DNA of 46,242 nucleotides from an uncultured Gammaproteobacteria bacterium (GTDB lineage Bacteria; Pseudomonadota; Gammaproteobacteria; CAYGKN01): NCBI GenBank assembly GCA_964350565.1, contig CAYGKN010000002.1, positions 1 to 46,242 of the forward strand, read 5' to 3'. Shown piece by piece: positions 42,668 to 46,242 of this stretch (position 1 is its first letter; each line of letters starts with the position of its first letter). The notes under the pieces were generated by a model. It saw only the letters and a program-made list of their open reading frames with translations, ran no database searches and was not told where the DNA came from. The position numbers and the translations under genes were made by a program.

Positions 42668-44028
42668 TGTTTTCACAACTCAATGGCAATCTCAAAGACA
42701 TTTTCCAGAAATTCACCGGAAAAACACGCCTTTCTGAAAAACATGTTGAAGGAATTTTAAGAAAAGTACAATTGGCATTGCTAGAAGCCGATGTGGCATT
42801 GCCTGTCACCAAATCCTTTATGGAATCCTTGAAAACCAAAGCACTAGGAAAGGAAGTCTTTGAAAGCCTTACTCCTTCACAAACTTTAGCGAAAATGGTG
42901 GAAGAGCAGCTAAAAATTTTGCTCGGTGAGACACATGTTGAGTTAAATCTCAAAGGAGCCACCCCGATGGTGATTCTCATGGCGGGCTTGCAAGGAAGTG
43001 GTAAAACCACCACCACTGCAAAATTGGCAAAACGTTTACTCGAACAAGAAAAAAAAGTGTTGGTGGCCAGCACCGATGTGCGTCGACCGGCAGCCATATT
43101 GCAGTTACAACAGTGCGCGAAGCAAGTGGGCGTGGATTGCTATGAAGCCAGCGATCAACGCTCTGCATTGGACAATGCCAAAAGCGCATTACAACAAGCC
43201 AAGCAGCAGCAATTTGATGTGTTGTTGGTAGATACGGCAGGACGCTCTCATGTGGATGCCGCACTGATGGAAGAGTTGTCAACACTGCATGCCGCATTAA
43301 ACCCACTAGAAAGCTTACTTGTTCTCGATTCCATGATGGGGCAAGATGCATTAAATACTGCGAAAGCCTTTAAAGCCTGTGTTCCCATCACGGGATTGAT
43401 TTTAACCAAACTCGATGGGGACTCACGTGGGGGGGCTGCACTCTCCGCACGCCACGTGATGGAAGCGCCCATTAAATTTTTAGGAATGGGTGAAAAACTC
43501 GATGCGCTAGAACCCTGTTATCCTGACAGACTCGCTGCCCGCATCTTGGGGATGGGCGACATCAACACCTTACTCGAAGAAGCTGAACGAAAGCTCGATA
43601 AGAAAAAATTCCAGCAAATGACCCAGAAAATGAGTTCTGGGGAGCAATTTGACTTGGATGATTTTCGAGAGCAATTGCGACAAATGACTCAACTGGGCGA
43701 TATGAGCAAAATGCTAGAAAAATTGCCCGGCCTCCCCATGAGTGCCGATCAACAAATGAAGCAAATCCAAAAAGGCCAAGCACAAATGCGAAGAAACATC
43801 GCCATCCTCAATTCGATGACTCCCTCAGAGCGCGCCTTTCCCGATAGAGTTCGTGGCTCTCACAAACGTCGGATCACCAAAGGCTCCGGCACCACACTAC
43901 CTGACTTTAATCGCATGATGAAACAATTCACTCAAATGCAAAAGGTAATGAATAAACTCGGCAAAAAAGAAGGCATGCTGAATATATTGAAAAAGTTGCC
44001 GCCAGAGTTGTTGAAAGAGTTGTACTAA
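42667..44028 (+). CDS. ffh: Signal recognition particle protein Ffh, 453 aa
   Basis: NG-domain motifs GLQGSGKTTT, DTAGR and TKLDGDSRGG, plus a Met-rich M domain. TAATG overlap with the preceding gene. Confidence 0.95.
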   Translation: MFSQLNGNLKDIFQKFTGKTRLSEKHVEGILRKVQLALLEADVALPVTKSFMESLKTKALGKEVFESLTPSQTLAKMVEEQLKILLGETHVELNLKGATPMVILMAGLQGSGKTTTTAKLAKRLLEQEKKVLVASTDVRRPAAILQLQQCAKQVGVDCYEASDQRSALDNAKSALQQAKQQQFDVLLVDTAGRSHVDAALMEELSTLHAALNPLESLLVLDSMMGQDALNTAKAFKACVPITGLILTKLDGDSRGGAALSARHVMEAPIKFLGMGEKLDALEPCYPDRLAARILGMGDINTLLEEAERKLDKKKFQQMTQKMSSGEQFDLDDFREQLRQMTQLGDMSKMLEKLPGLPMSADQQMKQIQKGQAQMRRNIAILNSMTPSERAFPDRVRGSHKRRITKGSGTTLPDFNRMMKQFTQMQKVMNKLGKKEGMLNILKKLPPELLKELY

Positions 44029-44031
44029 ATT

Positions 44032-44799
44032 CTAGGGTTGGTACTCCCCCACCAGCAACGCATGATCCGAGACCCTAGGCTCTCGGATCACTTCCATATG
44101 TATCATCTTTTCATGCCAGTGTGGACTCACCCAATGATAATCAATGCGCCAACCCACATCATTCTCAAAAGCCCGTCCTCGGTAGGTCCACCAAGTATAT
44201 CCAGGCACATTGGGATGGTGAGCACGAAAGGCATCGAGCCAATAGTTTGCACGCAACACTTCAGTGATGAAGGCTCTCTCGTGCGGCAAAAACCCGGGAG
44301 AATGTTCATTGGGCTTGGGGCGTGCCAAATCCATCGCTTGATGGGCCATATTAAAATCCCCGAGGATCCACATGGGGCGATCTCGTTTCTGCCAACGTTG
44401 CAGATATTGTTTGAGGCAATGCAAACTGTGATCTTTTTGCTGCTGACGAACATCTCCACTGGTGCCCGAGGGCAAATACAAGGACACCACATTCCCGAAA
44501 TCAAAAGCCACTTCTAATAAACGACCTTCTTCGGAGAATAAGGGATCGACTTCAGACTCCACCAGCACACCTGGATGACGCGCATAGATGGCCACACCAC
44601 TGTATCCTTTTTTATCCCCGCAACAGAGCCAACGTTCATAGCCTGCCAAGTCATATTCTGGACCCGTCAAATCACTGGGCTGAGCACGCACTTCTTGGAG
44701 AGCAATGACATCATACTGCTGTTCGCTTAAATACGACATTAACCCTTTAGAGACTGCCGCACGGAGCCCATTGACATTCAAGGTGGCAACACGAAGCAT
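44032..44799 (-). CDS. xth: Exodeoxyribonuclease III, 255 aa
   Basis: The N-terminus LRVATLNVNGLRA...LQEV, the central GDFN, and the C-terminal SDHA are typical of the ExoIII/APE family. Confidence 0.9.
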   Translation of the reverse strand: MLRVATLNVNGLRAAVSKGLMSYLSEQQYDVIALQEVRAQPSDLTGPEYDLAGYERWLCCGDKKGYSGVAIYARHPGVLVESEVDPLFSEEGRLLEVAFDFGNVVSLYLPSGTSGDVRQQQKDHSLHCLKQYLQRWQKRDRPMWILGDFNMAHQAMDLARPKPNEHSPGFLPHERAFITEVLRANYWLDAFRAHHPNVPGYTWWTYRGRAFENDVGWRIDYHWVSPHWHEKMIHMEVIREPRVSDHALLVGEYQP

Positions 44800-45533
44800 C
44801 AGAGCAACTGAGACAATGCCGCTTTTTGCAACGCTAGCAGGTGCATAATCCCCTGAGTCCCCACTTCCACCATGCCATCCAATTGTGCTCTAGAGAAATT
44901 TTGTTTCTCTGCAGTGCCTTGTAATTCAATCATTCCTCCAGTTTCATCCATCACAATATTCATATCGGTTTGTGCTCGAGAATCTTCCTGGTAATCCAAG
45001 TCCAATAAAATTTCATCATCGACAATCCCCACAGAAATGGCTGCCACCAAGTTATTGAGGGGATCCCCTTTTAGGGATTTTTTATTCCCCATCCATTTTA
45101 GGGCCATCACCAATGCCACACAGGCTCCCGTAATAGCAGCGGTCCTGGTGCCTCCATCTGCACTTAATACGTCGCAATCGATTGTAATGGTACTCTCTCC
45201 CAATGCCTTGAGATTGACACAAGCACGCAGGGCTCGACCAATCAGACGTTGAATTTCCTGGGTTCGCCCACTTTGCTTGCCTTTGACCGCTTCACGCGCA
45301 GTTCTATCTTGGGTGGCTCTGGGCAACATGCCATATTCTGCCGTCAACCAACCTTGATCACGCCCCCTCAAAAAAGGAGGAACACTGTTGAGAACACTGG
45401 CCGTACAGCTGACTTTGGTATTCCCAATGGTAATCAATGCCGAGCCTTCTGCTTGAGGCAAATGCCCAATCTCAATCTGACAGTCTCTTAATGCATCAAA
45501 TGCACGGGCACCAGCCCGATGGAGTGTACTCAT
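44799..45533 (-). CDS. rph: Ribonuclease PH, 244 aa
   Basis: Close by-eye match to E. coli RNase [37 protein letters not shown] and [23 protein letters not shown]. The stop shares one nucleotide with the xth start (TGATG). Confidence 0.93.
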   Translation of the reverse strand: MSTLHRAGARAFDALRDCQIEIGHLPQAEGSALITIGNTKVSCTASVLNSVPPFLRGRDQGWLTAEYGMLPRATQDRTAREAVKGKQSGRTQEIQRLIGRALRACVNLKALGESTITIDCDVLSADGGTRTAAITGACVALVMALKWMGNKKSLKGDPLNNLVAAISVGIVDDEILLDLDYQEDSRAQTDMNIVMDETGGMIELQGTAEKQNFSRAQLDGMVEVGTQGIMHLLALQKAALSQLL

Positions 45534-45593
45534 ACTTTACTTCCGCTTCAAAAAAAAATAGTATACAAAATAATCGATTTAAAGAGAAGACAC

Positions 45594-46226
45594 ATGGTTA
45601 CAGGCAATTTAATCATTCTTTCAGCCCCCTCTGGCACAGGGAAAACCAGCCTGACCAAAGCATTACTTGCAAGTGTACCTGATTTAACTCTCTCTATTTC
45701 CCCCACCACCCGCCCCAAACGTCCCAGTGAACAAGAAGGTCGAGACTATCATTTTGTGGATGAAGCCACTTTTCTCTCTGCGATTCAGGCGGATACCTTT
45801 CTAGAACATGCGGAAGTCTTCGGCCACTATTACGGCACAGAGACCGCTCAGGTTCAAACCCATCAACAACAAGGAAATGATGTGATTCTAGAAATTGATT
45901 ATCAGGGTGCACTGACGGTCAAACAAAAAATAACAGACACCCTGAGCATTTTTATCCTTCCTCCCAATGCCAATAGTCTCAAAAACCGCCTGCTGAATCG
46001 CAATGAAGATGAAAGCAGCATCATCGAAAAACGCCTGCAAGGCGCCAAAGAAGAACTTCGGCACATCCAAGCTTATGACTATGTTGTGGTCAATGAAGAT
46101 TTTGATGACACTGTGCTGCAGCTACAACACATCATCTTAGCCAACCGCCTACGCCAATCACGCCAAATGGCGAAGCTCAAGGCCTCTATCACCCAGATGG
46201 AACAAGAATTGTCGTCAGCGGGTTGA
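45594..46226 (+). CDS. gmk: Guanylate kinase, 210 aa
   Basis: P-loop LSAPSGTGKTSL, TTRPKRPSEQEGRDYHFV, and the lid region. I chose the ATG at 45594; the ORF-track extension overlaps rph. Confidence 0.92.
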   Translation: MVTGNLIILSAPSGTGKTSLTKALLASVPDLTLSISPTTRPKRPSEQEGRDYHFVDEATFLSAIQADTFLEHAEVFGHYYGTETAQVQTHQQQGNDVILEIDYQGALTVKQKITDTLSIFILPPNANSLKNRLLNRNEDESSIIEKRLQGAKEELRHIQAYDYVVVNEDFDDTVLQLQHIILANRLRQSRQMAKLKASITQMEQELSSAG

Positions 46227-46242
46227 GGTGAACCAAAGCGGG

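Noticed and set aside
42645-43097. 150-aa minus-strand ORF, and the other alternative-frame ORFs within ffh, xth (44038-44517, 44127-44504), murF (40148-40513), ccmC (20612-21037), ccmF (22205-22519, 22664-23011), sufD (6016-6399) and sufS (4175-4792)
   Set aside because: All are nested in, or antisense to, genes with unambiguous conserved motifs. I treated them as frame shadows.

Overview
This window looks like a compact gammaproteobacterial chromosome segment made mostly of tightly packed housekeeping operons. All product calls come from motif recognition by eye, because no database search was possible.

Minus strand, 14.8 kb down to 0.1 kb, is one co-directional gene train:
- MBL-fold hydrolase, then ACT-domain malic enzyme.
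- A roughly 1,100-aa AT-rich ORFan.
- A complete Rrf2-regulated suf operon (rrf2-sufBCDSUT).
- A three-gene AT-rich ORFan cassette of 100 aa, 158 aa and 828 aa.

Plus strand, 14.9-24.4 kb:
- The giant NAD-glutamate dehydrogenase gdhB.
- It runs directly into a System I cytochrome c maturation operon, ccmBCDEFGH. There is no ccmA. ccmD is a 41-aa gene missing from the ORF track.

The rest of the window holds:
- An SDR epimerase and an M17 aminopeptidase.
- A leucine-catabolism cluster (ivd-thiolase-mccB-mccA).
- epmB, ogt, an SDR, fis, dusA, a GT4 sugar-phosphate transferase and a DUF721/DciA-like gene.
- A 438-aa membrane ORFan.
- murF-icd-ffh joined by overlapping stop and start codons.
- xth, rph and gmk.

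No rRNA, tRNA, CRISPR array, transposase or integrase was seen.

The parts most worth a second look:
1. Two very large AT-rich domain-less ORFans bracket the suf operon. Both end in similar Glu-rich tails (SFYEGEEKED and VFFTEEEKEPE) that resemble type IVB (Dot/Icm) secretion signals.
2. An A9 tract sits exactly at the junction of the 100-aa and 158-aa ORFs. Loss of one A would fuse them.
3. A bipartite two-hairpin REP/MITE-like element occurs three times in the window. One copy is flanked by 19-bp and 27-bp tandem duplications.
4. A 438-aa protein has two transmembrane hairpins and an EGQ repeat.

The effector interpretation and any lineage guess (a Legionellales-like intracellular bacterium) are inference. 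No secretion-system genes are visible in this window.
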